Positions 36,121 through 49,869 of a stretch of 54,391 nt of DNA are shown here, piece by piece. The position numbers and the translations under genes are program-made. The notes below the pieces were generated by a model. It was not told the DNA's origin. It did no database searches and saw nothing but the letters and a program-made list of their open reading frames with translations. Source of the stretch: Octopus bimaculoides (lineage: Eukaryota); the NCBI RefSeq assembly GCF_001194135.2, contig NC_068984.1, positions 38,814,393 through 38,868,783 on the forward strand, in the 5' to 3' direction. Positions within the stretch are counted from its first letter, which is position 1, and each line of letters opens with the position of its first letter.

Positions 36121-37050
36121 TCAAATCCTGTCTACTATAGGCACAAGGCCTAAAATTTTGGGGGAGGGACCAGTCAATGACATCAACCCCAGTGTCTCAC
36201 TGGTACTTAATTTATCGACTCCAAAAGGATGAAAGGCAAAGTTGACCCCAGCAGCATTTGAACTCAGACCATAAAGCCAGGCAAAATACCACTCTAGCAT
36301 TTTGCCCAGCATGCTAACGATTCTGCCAGCTCACCACCTTCCAGAACAATCAAATCAATTACACATGTCAAATAAACTTTATTTTCATTTACATATTTTT
36401 TACGTTATCTCAATAACCAGCTATAGTTACTTCAAATACACTTCTCTACAACAACCAGGTTTCATTACAAAATGAAAATAGTTTCACACTTTCAATTTGA
36501 ACCAAAATTACAGTGTTGCATTACAAGTGTGACAATGTGTGAATAATGAAAGTAATGTTTCTCCGAATTAGTCACATGTGTATTATAATAAAGAAAGCTG
36601 TTTATTATGTATCTACCAAATAAACTATGTTTTTGACTCAATAACTCTTTTTTATAACTAAAATAACCTTGGCAACTAGGTTGGGTCGCACAATTTTGAG
36701 GTTATTTTCGGACAATATTTTGATTTGCTTCTAATGTATCACTTTCGTCTGATGTTTCACACATGCGTAGAATTCTACTCAGACAAACAGTTATGAAAAT
36801 GTACACATAAATATTGTATTAAAATAAGCCACAACAAAAAAAATTGCATTAAAAGACATCCATTTTTCTATGTTATGAGGAAATATAGCCTCACTCACTC
36901 TCTCTTATGCACAAAAAAGATGTATGCATATATATTTATGGGCAAAGATCAAGATGCGCAACCCGGTGTTTAGGGTTAGAGTTACACCGAAATAGGTGAT
37001 GTATGTATTCTTTACCTGCGCCTATTTATGTACATGTATATGAAAGATAA

Positions 37051-37093
<43 letters not shown>

Positions 37094-38054
37094 GAGAGTA
37101 AGTGCCACTTGCACATATATGCAAAAAATTTCATACATCACAACACGCACCTTCACTCACTCACTCTTTCTCTCTCTCCCTCTGTCACACACACACACAC
37201 ACATGTCCATTTCATATACATGTACACCTTACGCTTTCTCCTCTCACTTCAAAGCAAATGTCACCTTTTTATTTTATACTCTGTTTCAATTTCTGCTCTC
37301 TTCAAAGCATACAGAAATTAAAACAATTTTACAGAAATTAACAAACAATTATATGATCCCATATATGTCGAGTTGACAACTTTGCTTCTTCAAATGAAAG
37401 AATGCCATAAAATAACTTCCTTTGACACACACACATGCATACACACACTCTAGGTAAAACTTCTGTGTGAATTACATTAATTCTTGCAGTGTGCACGTGC
37501 AAATTTATAGCTCAAACCCAATTGAAATGATCTTTTTCTATTGTGTAATTTGTGTTTGTGATGAGCGTATTTGAAAACCTGATTTTCGATATAAACTTAA
37601 AAGGAAGTTTTCCCCCAAATCCTGTCCTTTACCTCTTCTTTCTAGCATGTCCGAGGTGACATTCCCCACCCCCCTTATTTTTTTTTCTAAATTTCTTCCA
37701 ATTCCTATATTTGCGATACAGGAAATTAGGATTTCCCCAACAAAACACATTCTCAATATTTTAATTTTCTCCCTCTCCACACTAAATTAATTTTTTACTT
37801 TTTCAAATTTTGATTCTTGGTAATCCATGGAGAAAAAAACAGAGAATATGAATCTAAGAATTTTACTCATCACCTCACCACTTTTAAAAAGCTACACACT
37901 CCCAATGTTTCACTTTTAGCTTTTTGGAAAGCAGGGAAGTTTCTTCAGAAATAATGTCGTTTACCTGTTGTTTCTAGCATGTTGGGTTTTCTGGTGGTGT
38001 TCTGATATTTTTTAAGTCTACTATTTCAGTAGAATTCTACACATGTGGGAAACA

Positions 38055-39640
38055 TCAGACAAAAGTGAAAGGTACTTATTTTATCAATCCCGAAAAGATG
38101 AAAGACATATATGGAATTTAACTCAGGACATAAAGGCTGATGAAATGCAGCTAAACATTTTGCCTAGCAAGCTAACAATTCTGCCAACTCACCACCTTCT
38201 AAAAGCAATAATAAAAACATGTTCTATTAGCTATAAATGTTTGTAATTAAACTGCATTAAGAAACAAACACTTTTGTTTCCCTTCTCTAAGGAATAATCG
38301 AGTAAAAAAAAAAATGAAAAGATACATACAAATTATTTTTTGATTCAGCAGCCAATTCCCTGGATTTCTTTACATTTTGTATAGTCACTGATACGGAATC
38401 ATCAGCACTTGATTTTTCATGAGAACCATGACCTAGAAATAATTTTAATCAAGATTACTTTGTTATTCAATGTATGGTTGCATGGTAAGAAGCTTGCTTC
38501 CCAACTACATGGTTCCGGGTTCAGTCTCATTGTGTAGTAGTCTGAGCAAGTGTCTTCTATGATAGCCTTGGGCTAACCAAACCCTTGTGAGTGGATTTGG
38601 TAGATGAATATTGAAAGAAGCCAATCATATATGTATATATTTGCATGTGTGTGTAAGATGGGTTTCTGTGTGTTTCTGTGTGTATGTGTGTCCTTGTATT
38701 TGTACCCATCACAACCTGACAATCAGTATTGGTTTATGTCCCTGTAACTTAGCAGTTCAGTAAAAGGAGGCTAAGAGAGTAAGCTCCAGGTTTAGAAGAA
38801 AAAGAAATGGGGTCAATTTGTTCAACTAAACCCTTCAAGGTAGTGTTCCAGCATAGCTACAGTCAAACACATGAAACAAGTAAAAGGTAGAAGATAATCC
38901 AAAATATTAAAAGTGAGATCCGATTTGACCAATGAAAAAGCACCAGCATAAATACTGGTTTCAAATTTTGGTACACAGAAACAAGTTTGTGGGAGGGAGA
39001 AAGTTGATTACGTCAAACCCCAGTATGCAACTGGTACTTAATTTATCGACCCCCAAAAAAATGAAAGACAAAGTCAACCTCGGAATGAAAGGCAAAGTGA
39101 ACCCGGAACATAAAAGGCAGATGAAATGCTACTATGAATTTTACCTGGCATGCTAACAATTCTGCCAGCTCACTGCCTTGAGTAGGTAAAAAGTATCAGT
39201 TTTAAATTTTGTCACAGAACCAGCAAGTTTGGGGGAGGAGGTAAGTCAATGACATCAACCCCAGTGCTCAACTGTTACTTCTTTCATTGACCCTGAAAGG
39301 ATGAAAGGCAAAGTCAACCTCAGTGGCATTTGAACTGAGAACATAATGACAGACAAAATGCCACTAAGTATTTCACTAAGTATACTAACAATTCTGCCAG
39401 CTCACCGCCTTCATACAGCATAAATAAATATTGATTTCAAATTTTGGCACAAGGCCTGCAATTTCGTGTGAAGGGTAAGTTGATTACATCAACCCTAGTG
39501 CCCAACTGGTACTTATTTTATCAATCCTGAAAAGATGAAAGGCAAAATCGACATCGGCAGAATTTGAACTCAGAACATACAGATAGATAAAATGCTGCTA
39601 AGCATTTTGCTCAGTGTGCTAATAATCCAGCTAGCTTATC
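38055..39640 (-). mobile_element. Cluster of family A SINEs (38055-38200, 38945-39180, 39195-39415, 39432-39640) around a family B copy and one exon
   Basis: Repeated family A core, all in the same orientation. Confidence 0.8.
38330..38432 (-). CDS. TP53BP1: 53BP1 exon (HGSHEKSSADDSVSVTIQNVKKSRELAAESKNN)
   Basis: ttatttctag acceptor, GTATGT donor, 103 nt, phase 1->2. Confidence 0.75.
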
Positions 39641-40179
39641 ACTTTCATCCAGCATAAATAAACATCAACTTTGGTTTGATATTTTATGGTTTTAAATACA
39701 AACTTTGCTTCCCTTCACTCAGCAGTCAATAAACTGAATACCAGTAGTGAAAAAGTCAAGAAACACCAGCAGAAAAAGGGTCAAAATCTTTCCAGTGTCA
39801 AGAATATTATGGAAAATAAGACCATTAAAACATTCTTTGGCTCATGAAAAGTTACAAACAATTGTAGTGGTGGTAGCTGTAGTAGTGTGATGTTGAAGAA
39901 AATAACAATGATGGCTAACATAATTAAATGCATAAAGAGAATTCATTAATCATTAGAAAAGAAAACTTCATCTGACCCATGCAAGCATGAAAAAGTAGAT
40001 GTTAAATGATGATGATTATGATGACGACACTGATTATTATTATTATTATGATGATGATGATGATGATGATGAAAGAATTTTGAAACATGAAATTATAATC
40101 AAAGTTTATTAGTTTAAAAGATAATTTTGTGATGTTTATTGTTTATTAAATTACAAGAAATATAACTAAAATTGTATAC

Positions 40180-40280
40180 CTGTAGGTGTCGACAGATTTT
40201 GTTTAGAACTGGGGTCTTCAATAGATGAGGGTGGTAAAGGTTTACAAAAATTACTGTGAGATTCTTCACTTGATGATTCA
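40180..40280 (-). CDS. TP53BP1: 53BP1 exon (ESSSEESHSNFCKPLPPSSIEDPSSKQNLSTPT)
   Basis: tttctttctttatcag acceptor, AG|GTATAC donor, 101 nt, phase 2->1. Confidence 0.78.
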
Positions 40281-41576
40281 CTGATAAAGAAAGAAACTTA
40301 TGTAAATATTTAGCTGCATTAATAATCGGATTTAATTTGTTAATGTTAATTGTTGCTAATTAGATTAACTAGGTCATATCATTACTTAAATACAAGGTGT
40401 TCAAGCTAAATTTGACGATTTTTTTTTATATCTTCTGATTTCAGAAACAGTCTAATTACTTTCTCTGTTAGCCTATCTGTGATATCACTGCATTTCTTAT
40501 GCAACCAGTGTTTATACTGGGTATAAATTTTCCACTCTATCTTATTCATTTTCCACATACCAAGCATAGTAACATCCCAAACAGCAGCATTCTCCCTACT
40601 CTTCTGATAATTAAATAATTTTTCTTTGATAGGTTTCTTTTGAGGTTACTAGAAACAACAATATATTACTGAGTAAGGTAAATAAATGAAAAGTCCCAAT
40701 AGTTATATTTCTATGTTTAGAATTTTTTTAAAGCAAGATAGTAATTTGAAAGAGAAACTGCAACTGAATAGACAAAAAGTGAAGCAGTTCAATAAAGTCT
40801 TAGTGATTGAGATTTCTTTCTAGTGGTTTAGGTTTTCCTTATATGAACTAACTCTTTTACAAATGACAAGGATCCATAATGCAAGTGCTTGTCACGATTT
40901 CCATAACATTAAGCGAGTGAGAGACAACTCTTCCTATCTCATAGATAACTCATTGAGCATTACCACCAAAAGAATTAAAGTGAGTATTGCCAACCAATAA
41001 AATGTATATCAGTTACACAATGCTGCCATTGTTTATAGAAGTCAATTATACAACCCACAATATCAAATTGAAGTTCAGTGTGCTAAACTGTTTAGAGCTA
41101 AGAGTCTTAACTATAAACACAATGTTGTACTGATGACAAGATACAAACAGCCAATCTATCATTACCTTATCAATTCACCATTCATGTTCTATCTTTTCAT
41201 ATATTTTTAAGAACATCATAAGCTAACAGATTTCTACCAATACAAGTACAGAAGCAATATTCCAAAGTTAGTTTAAAATAATTTCCATTCACTTATTTGA
41301 AAGGCATTTAATCCTTTAGCATTCTGATTACTCTTTCAAATGTAAAGCTTATTTATTCACATTATTTTGAATTAATCATGCACTGTCACATAATTCGAAA
41401 TTTCAATGATGTGATTGTTTAGTTTTAAATTGACATCATAGGGTAGATGTGAAATGCCAGAAACAGGTAGAATATTTTAGCCAGATATGGCCAATTTAAA
41501 TGCTTATGGGTAAATATACTTCAATGTCTTTAACAACATTAAAAAAAAAAGATATAATAAAAAAATTTATAAATAC

Positions 41577-41661
41577 CTTTGAGTTCTTACAGGCTGGTTA
41601 CTTTCCATATTTGGTGCTTCCAAGAATTTTAATGACACTTGAGAAAAATCAGAGGAATCTA
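41577..41661 (-). CDS. TP53BP1: 53BP1 exon (DSSDFSQVSLKFLEAPNMESNQPVRTQ)
   Basis: tttttctcttgcag acceptor, AG|GTATTT donor, 85 nt, phase 1->2. Confidence 0.78.
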
Positions 41662-43026
41662 CTGCAAGAGAAAAATAAAACATTTAGTTATTTCAACGTT
41701 TTATAGAATATATACAACAGTCTGTATTTTGGTTTTAGAATAGGATGCTTAACCCTGAGTGTATTAAGAGATAATTAAAAAGGATTTATGACAAGAAAAA
41801 TCATGGCCTGGTGACTGAGATTTCCTTCTAGTGGTTTAGCTTTTTCTTATGTAACAAGTGATGCCATATTCTGAAAATAATAGGTTTCTTCTGCATTCTT
41901 ATCAGAAATGTCAATTAAGCAAGATGTTAGAGCACACTGTTTCATTTATTATAATATCTGCAGATTTTTAGGGGAAAAAAACACATTTTGAGCAACTCAT
42001 AATGTTCATGAAAGAGTTTCAATTGATTTATCATTGGATTATCAAAATTCTCACATGAATTTACAGAACTGTCCTCCCACCATCAATTCAGGCAATCTTC
42101 AAAGATCTAACATGTAATTTTGAAACTCTGTTTTCTCTCTATTTCAGTAACTATCTCTCAGATCATATGCTCCCTTTCATGTCTTTGCCTCTACCCAGTT
42201 ATGAACATCATCCAACTGCAAACCACCCCAATGCATCATCTATCAATAAGTTCTATATTGCAGAGATTAAGCTTCTTTGTCACCTCTCAAAAATATATTT
42301 TAGACTGATTCTTTGGATCTCAGTCAGAATTTCCAAATAGGAGTTTTCAGTTGTTCAATCAGTTGGACAACCTGTACATTGAAATAGCATGTAAATGGCT
42401 AATTATTCCAGACACATTACCATTAGGTAGGGTAAGTGTGATATGGTGTATAACAAGTTTAAACCTTTGAATGGTACAATCAATCCAAAAAGCTTCCACA
42501 CAGTTTCCATCTATTCAATTTCACTCCCAAGGCTTAAGTTGACCCAAAGTTATGATAAAAGACAGTTGCCCAAGATGCCACACAACAGGATCAAACCCAG
42601 GACCATACTGTAGCTAACATTTGGTAAGATATGCTCGTCTCAATGAGCAAAATATTAGATAATTAGGCAGCATCCTCACTCTGAAAAGAAAAAAACTTCA
42701 GTATTACTGATGAGAACATAAAGAACTCAAAATACATATATTAGTCCATAGGAGGCACTCCAAAATGATTCTGGTGTTTTGCATCTTTGCCTAAATTGAG
42801 AATTTTTCTCCAAGGTAAACCACAGTGAAAATGGCCCTTTTCAAATTTGTTCCAAACATATTTGAACTGATTGAAAATTTTGGTAATTTTACAACACTGC
42901 TTTATATTGCCAACTATGTATTTTGTTCTGGTCTAGTGGTCACAGCACACAATTGGTATTGAATTCTGATAAGGAAGCAAAGGATTCCAGACATTTCAGA
43001 GCTTAAAGAACTCAAAATACATATAT

Positions 43027-44506
43027 AGTAATCATTTGCCATATCGTGGTTCACCTATCGCACTCTCAATACATCGTGGATTTTTCTGGCTAATATATGT
43101 AAATTTACATCATGGGTTTCTGCAGCTGATGGGTATTTATATTTTTTTAGATTTTAATTATTTAATTATTTAATAAGCATTTTCATGCCTAAAAATTAAT
43201 AAAAATACAGTACAGTACTGCACTGTATAACACATTAATTAAAATATATTAAAAGAAAATATAAAGTGTACCATAGATGAGTAAACAAAGAATTGCACAT
43301 ACCCTATGAAAAACGAAACTTGGGGGGGGGGGATGTGGTGTTGTTTTGCATTTGTGTGTAACATTGTGAATTTATTTAAAGTCCTACAATTTTGCCCAAA
43401 CGTTCTGCACCTTCTAAGGCTTCTGGCAGTGAATCCAAGTGCCAGACGAAGATGCTTACTATAGCAGAGGTGAGACTCCTTGACATGCTTAAAGAAGGGA
43501 GAAAGTATGCAATGTAGGCTGCCATTATAGCATCATTCTTCTCTCCTACACACTACATCTGATGCTCCGTATACCCAATTTTCTCTCAAATCATGTACAC
43601 TGTTTGCTACATCAAGAAGGATGAAAAATAAAAGGGCAGCAGGAGCAAAAGTGACTTGTAACAAGACAGCGAAAAGGGTGATAACTTCCTGCAATAAGGC
43701 TATTGTAAGGATAGTCTGCTTTAACCCTTTGGATCAGTGACTGCAGGAAGAACATTGCACTGGATACCAACACCATCCATGAGAAGGCCAGGCAGCTGTA
43801 TGGCAAGTTTACGGATGGTGGTGACAACCCAGATAGCCCTGAACTAGGACCATCTACAGTATCTCCCACCAAAGCAACTGAATTTAATGCCAGCAAGGGC
43901 TGGTTTGACAAATTTCAAAGGAAGTTCACCCTTAAGAGTGTGTCCCTGCATGGAGAAGCTGCCTCTGCTGACAAACCTGCAGCTGAAGAGTACATGAATG
44001 AGATATTCAAGACCATCATCAAGGGATATTCGTGTGAATAAGTTTTCAATATGGATGTGACAAGCCTCTTTCAGAAGTGGAGGCCAGAGCCCTTGGATTT
44101 AAGGCATACAAAGATTGTGTCACAATTATAATGAATGGAAATGCTGTGGGCTTTATGATAAAGCCAGAGCTTTTTATAAGTCCAAAAACCCAAGAGCCCT
44201 CAAAAACAAAAATAAGAACCTGCTGCCAGTGTAGTGGATGCACAACCAGAAGGCATGGATAACAAAACCATTGACATTGGATTGGTTTCACCAGTGCTTC
44301 ATCCCTGAAGCCAAGGTTTATTTCACTGAAAAAGGACTGGAATTCAAAGTGCTTCTCTGAATGGACAATGCTGGAAGTCATGTGCTCAACCTGTCATATG
44401 AGGGCATACAAACTGAATTCTTACCACCAAACACTGCATCACCGATCCAGCTCATGGATCAAGGCATTATTCATGCTTTTAAGGCACTCTATATGCAAAA
44501 CTCCCA

Positions 44507-44507
<1 letters not shown>
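43027..44507 (+). mobile_element. Decayed pogo/Tigger transposon, interrupted at ~43530-43615 by an RTE 3' piece
   Basis: FNASKGWFDKF, LHGEAASAD, FNMD, MDNAGSH, FLPPNTASPIQLMDQGIIHAFKALY (DDD/DDE_1 motifs); Tigger-like 5' end after TA. Confidence 0.9.
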
Positions 44508-44546
<39 letters not shown>

Positions 44547-45467
44547 AAAATGTTATTAATAAAAGATGAAAGAATACTCATTGTCCTATAAATGGCCCAG
44601 TATAATGGTAAACCTGTTCATGTTTCTTGGTATACCTAGTTCTGCTATGTGGGATGGTGAGGGTGGTCAGTAATATGAACAGCATGGTAGTGTATCAACT
44701 ATCTTTGAATCCCTGAGCCATAGGACTGAGTCAGTGGGGTTTAATAAATGCACATGGAATATGGATGAAGGTTATGGTGAGAAAGTATGAGGTATGACGG
44801 AGGTAGAGATAGAGAGTAAGAATCTCAACTGACACTGGCTGTTAACCAGTTTATATAAATGCAAAAGTGACTTGAATTATTCTGTATATTTATAAATGCT
44901 AGACCTCTTGACTTCAAACTTTTTAAACAGCAATTCCATATGGTTGTTTCAAAAGGTGTTTCTATCCAGCTGTGTATTATATTTCTCATAATTTCCATCT
45001 TGCATAATACTCTACCATGCAGTGTATTTCAATAAATTAAAAGATGTTGTCAACTGAAGCCATCAAGTTTATTCATACATTGTAACTACTAAACCATCGT
45101 CACTATCACCACCGTTGCCACTATTATAACTACCATAATTATTTAAGGAAAGTGAGGGTATTTTATTTATTTTGATGGATTGATTTACATCCATTAAATT
45201 TCAAATCCTGCATGAATTTTCTCCATTTTGTAAATGTTGCAATACTCCTTCCATCAGATTCTGACTCATTAACTTTATGTGTCAGTATAACTCATCTCTT
45301 TATTTTCAAAAACACCCATAAGCACGGGAAGGGTATGGATGGTTGAGAAGTTGACTTTGCAGTCACATGGTTCCAGGTTTGGTTGCACTACTTGGCACTG
45401 CAAATTGAAAAATATCTGTCTCGAAATGTGTTGTGTGTGTGTGTGTGTGTGTCTGTGTTTATATATA

Positions 45468-46310
45468 ATCATCATCATCATCAAGCATCCATCTCCATGC
45501 TGGCATGTGATGGATGGTTTGACAGGAACTGGCCAGCTGGAGAGCTGCCCGGGTTATATTTTCTATGATTTCTATGGCTGGATGTTCTGCCTAATATCAA
45601 CCACTTTACAAAGTGTACTAGGTGCTTTAAATGTGACAATGGCACTTTTACATGGCACCAATATGGGTGCTTTTATGTGGTGCCAATACAAGTGATTATA
45701 TATGGTACCAGCACGGACGCATTTACATGATACCAGCATGGGTACATGGCACTGGAAGCAGTGCTTGTATTTGGAACTGGCACAGGTACTTTCATGTGGC
45801 ACCAGCAGCCACAAGCTCATAAGACTAGGCTCTCTTGGCTGTGAGAGGGATGTAGTAGACATGCTTGTATGCATGGATGGCCACAATTTTACTTCACTTG
45901 ATGTGTCTTCTCAAGCACAGCAAACCGTCTTGACTCGGTCCCTTGTCATCTCCTCTAAGAGACCCAACATCTGAAGATCTTGCCACTTCATTCCATGTCT
46001 TCCTGTGTCTACCCCTTCCACTTGTTCCCTCCACAATTAGAGATCAGCACTTCTTGATGCAGCTGTCTACATCTAATATGCATTACATGACCATATCAGC
46101 CCATCTTCTCTCCTACACACTACATCTGATGCTCTGTACACCCAAATTTCTCTCAAATCATGTACGCTGTTGTACACGCACACTGACACTACCCATCCAG
46201 CAGCACATGCCAGCTTCATTTCTTTCAAGCCTTTGCATGTCCTCAGTGGTCACAGCCAATGTCTCTCTGTCATCCAACATAGCTGTTTGGAACAGTATTG
46301 TAAAACCTTC
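45468..46310 (-). mobile_element. Family C SINE joined to an RTE 3' fragment
   Basis: Family C tail at 45468 and RTE C-terminal sequence shared with 43530-43615 and 23900-24060. Confidence 0.6.
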
Positions 46311-46581
46311 AAGTGATCTAGCTTAGTTTTGAGTTTTCTAATGGGTATATCTTGGAGAAGGTTGGGCTCTCCTAGGATGACTCCATAAATACACTAAATA
46401 AACCGAAAATATGTAGTGGTATATCTATGATTTATTGAGTCATCAGGTACACTACATCTAGCACATAAACTATACTTTAATTAAAATGTCATACTGTTAA
46501 TACATATTTTAAAGGATTACAACCTTACAATCAACATAATTAAATGTTAATGATAATAGAAGATGATGCTGTTACACTTAC

Positions 46582-46660
46582 TAAGGTCAATATCATATTG
46601 ATAAGTCTCTGAAACTGCAGACTTTTGATTTGGGGAAGGATTGATGTGCACTTGCTCAGT
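46582..46660 (-). CDS. TP53BP1: 53BP1 exon (TEQVHINPSPNQKSAVSETYQYDIDL)
   Basis: ttcctattttag acceptor, GTAAGT donor, 79 nt, phase 0->1. Confidence 0.75.
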
Positions 46661-47519
46661 CTAAAATAGGAAAGCAAAATCAATAAAGTTGGAATAACAA
46701 AACATGAAGCAGAAGATAAAGGGGTAAATTACCTAACATTAATGAGGTTACTTTCTAATTTAAACACTGAAGAGACATTGCATAACCAGAAAGTGATATA
46801 TGAAATCCTGTCCAACAATTAAAGCCAAAAACTTGCAACAGCTGGTTGTCCACTAAAATAGTAAGAATGCCCCACAGGTTTTAAAGTCTAGCACCATTAC
46901 AAAATAATTAAAAACAAAAGAATATTCAGAAGTTACTAAAAAGCTAAATAGAGAAAAGAAAAGCAAAAATGAAGAATGGATATAACAAGGGATAATCGTG
47001 GGAAAATAATCTTGTTGAAACAGTTGTGATATCAGATGGATATTTTAGATGCCTCAGGAAAAGTATTATTACAGATATTTGTGAATGAAATAGCTTGCAG
47101 AATACATAAATCAGAAATTACAAGTGCATTTATACGTTGTCTTTGTTCATGTTCATCTGTGTTGCATCGTCAATGTAATTGGACACACATTTGAATAAAA
47201 ACACCAAATGATACCATATATGGAGGATTAACTAAAATGTAAGTATTAATGACTCTGATTTAGGTGTTTTAAAACAGACTGAAATGGGAGTAAAATGGTT
47301 CCAGATGAAGTTAAATATGTATATTTATAGCAAAATACACTATTTTTGCAAAGGATTTGTGTAAGAGTAATAAAACATAACATTTTAATACAGGATCTTA
47401 GTTTGAATAAGTCATCATGGAAACTCTGTTACATCTGATGACTACAAATACTATTACATTCTATATCTGAAGAAGAAACTCAGTTTTCCAATTTGTATCA
47501 AGGGTATGAGATTTCTGCA

Positions 47520-48990
47520 AGTCATGAAAATTACTCAATTGATTAGGAACAGAATTAAACTAGATGAGATGCAGTTTGGTTTTGTACCTGGGAAGAGTAC
47601 CACTGATGCCATCTTCCTAGTGAGACAGCTGTAGGAAAATCACTTGGCCAAAAGTAAGCCATTGTACTTAGCTTTCGTCAACCTAGAGAAAGCTTTCGAC
47701 AGAGTTCACTGCTCTGTTATATGGTGGGCTCTAAGAAAGTCAAGAGTAGAGGAGTGGCTTGTTAAAGCTGTACAAGCCATGTACAGTGGTGCCATCAGTA
47801 AGGTGAGAGTTAGCCATGAATACAGTGAATTTAGCTTTCAGGTAGGAGTACACCAGGGCTCAATTCTCAGCCCACTCTTATTCATTATAGTCCTCCAGGC
47901 CATAACAGAGGAATTCAAAACTGGGTACCTGTGGAAACTACTATATGCTGATGACATTGCTCTTATTGCAGAAACTTTAGCAGAATTGGAGAAGAAATTC
48001 CAGGTATAGAAACAAAACTTGGAATCAAAGTGCCTTAAAGTTAACCTAGCTAAGACAAAAGAGGTTATTATAAGAAAGAAGATAAAACTTTCTTTCCATC
48101 AGGTAAATGCCCTTGCTCCATATGTAGGAAAAGAGTTGGAAGAAATTCCATTCACTGCACCCAGTGTAAACTATGGACACATAAGAGATGCAGTGATATC
48201 ACAGGTAGATTAACAGATAGAGTAGTCTTTGTATGTGGCAGATGTGCAGGAACAATAAGCACTAAGAGACAACAAGAATTAGATTCTCTCAAATGCCCAG
48301 GAGGCTCTCTTGAGGTTGTAGATAGTTTCTGTTACCTAGGTAACGAAATAAGCAATGGTGGAGGATGCTCTGAAAGTATTGTTCCTAGAATAAGAATTGG
48401 GTGTAAGTTCAGAGAGCTATTACCTCTGTTGGCAGCAAAAGTACTCTCTCTCAGAGTGAAAGGTAGACTGTATGATACTTGTGCATGAATGACTATACTC
48501 CATGGTAGTGAGACATGGGTTCTGAACGCAGAAGACATGTGTAGACTGGAGAGAAATGAAGGTAGTATACTCCGTTGGATGTGCAACATCAGTGCGCATG
48601 TACAATAAAGTGCAAATGTATTGAGAGAAAAGCTGGGCATAAGAAGAATCAAATGTAGCATACAAGAGACTAAGTTGGTTTGGACATGTGATACATATGA
48701 ATGAGGACAGCTGTGTAAAGAAGTGCTGATCACAGGAGAGGGAGANNNNNNNNNNATGTGCAACATCAGTGCGCATGTACAATAAAGTGCAAATGTATTG
48801 AGAGAAAAGCTGGGCATAAGAAGAATCAAATGTAGCATACAAGAGACTAAGTTGGTTTGGACATGTGATACATATGAATGAGGACAGCTGTGTAAAGAAG
48901 TGCTGATCACAGGAGAGGGAGACCCAGGAATACATGGAATGAAGTGGTAAGGACTGATCTCAGGAAATGACCATGGACTGAGATGTCTGG
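47520..48990 (+). mobile_element. 5'-truncated RTE-clade LINE with RT domain, inactivated by stops and frameshifts
   Basis: QFGFVPGKSTTDAIF, AFVNLEKAFDRV, GVHQGSILSPLLF, LLYADDIAL, VVDSFCYLG. Confidence 0.93.
48746..48755. other. 10-N scaffold gap with a 167-bp flanking duplication (48579-48745 = 48756-48922)
   Basis: Identical sequence on both sides of the gap. Confidence 0.95.
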
Positions 48991-49049
48991 TGATATGAAG
49001 TTCATGAGAAGACCTGCCCACATCAGCAAAACTGAGTTCTAGAAGTGAT

Positions 49050-49830
49050 GTGTGTCCCACCCACACTCTATCACAATGAACCAAACTATGTCTCTACATC
49101 TCTTCTCTTCCTCCCATTTCCGCTCCATGTACTATGATTACCTCCCACACACCAATCTTGTCTCCTTGGCCCAGTGCCACTGTATCATTGCTCTCTACTT
49201 GCCCCCAACCTGTGCATTCTACCCACATGCCTTGTCCCACTCTATTATTGCCATCTGCCAGCCCCTGCTCTGGGTGTTCCACCCACACGTAACAAGAAAA
49301 ATTTTCCCACTCTACCCCAACAAACCAATCTACATCTCTTCTCTTTCTCACATTTCCTCCTTCATTCACTATACCTAGCTCTCACTCCCCAATCTTGTCC
49401 TCACAACCCTATTCCTCTGTATCATTACTATCCGGTAGCCCCTCCAACTCTAAATATACCCAGGCCTTTTGCCACTTACTCGCACTCCCTTCACAATATC
49501 CTGTCACCTATATTATGGCATTTGAACCTCAAGGGTATGCCCTGGCACTTGCCACTATCTATATCTCTCTCTTCCTTTACTCAACCACCTCATTTATACT
49601 TTGATCTCCGGTCCTTGTGAGTATGCCTGTCATTTTGCCACCATCTCCATCCTGCGGTCTCCCACTCTCTCTCCTTCTGCACTTCCCTCAAGTTGGGCAA
49701 CCATGTATTTTCTTTGTGGTAGCACACCTGTTTCTGTCTTCATTCCTGATCTTTCTCTCTCCAGCCGGGTAACCTTGTACTTCCTCTACAACAAGACACC
49801 TGTATCTGTCTCACTATAACCTTTTCATCA
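49050..49830 (+). mobile_element. Decayed CR1/L2-like LINE 3' region; related piece at 12880-13070
   Basis: EYACH motif (RPxLEYxxHxW), pyrimidine-rich, shared CTCTACAACAAGACACCT with 12950-12970. Confidence 0.5.
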
Positions 49831-49869
49831 TCACCTCCTCCCCTCTTAAAAGTTTTTGTCTTCAAAGTA

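Noticed and set aside
36963-37030. TTAGGGTTAG inside a CGGTGT/ACACCG hairpin
   Set aside because: A single telomere-like unit is expected by chance; may be a transposon subterminal structure but cannot be assigned
37965-38001. 37-nt candidate exon (EHHQKTQHARNN, phase 1->2)
   Set aside because: Purine-rich weak acceptor; would fit only as an alternative to 38330-38432, with no other support
40560-40650. Candidate exon with GTATGT donor (KSRENAAVWDVTML)
   Set aside because: Phase incompatible with the flanking phase-2 junction
47130-47230. Open stretch ...YIDDATQMNMNKDN
   Set aside because: Poor donor, hydrophobic non-53BP1-like start, and not required by the phase chain
48332-49084. 250-aa and 171-aa minus-strand ORFs
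   Set aside because: Antisense to the RTE LINE and lengthened by the gap duplication
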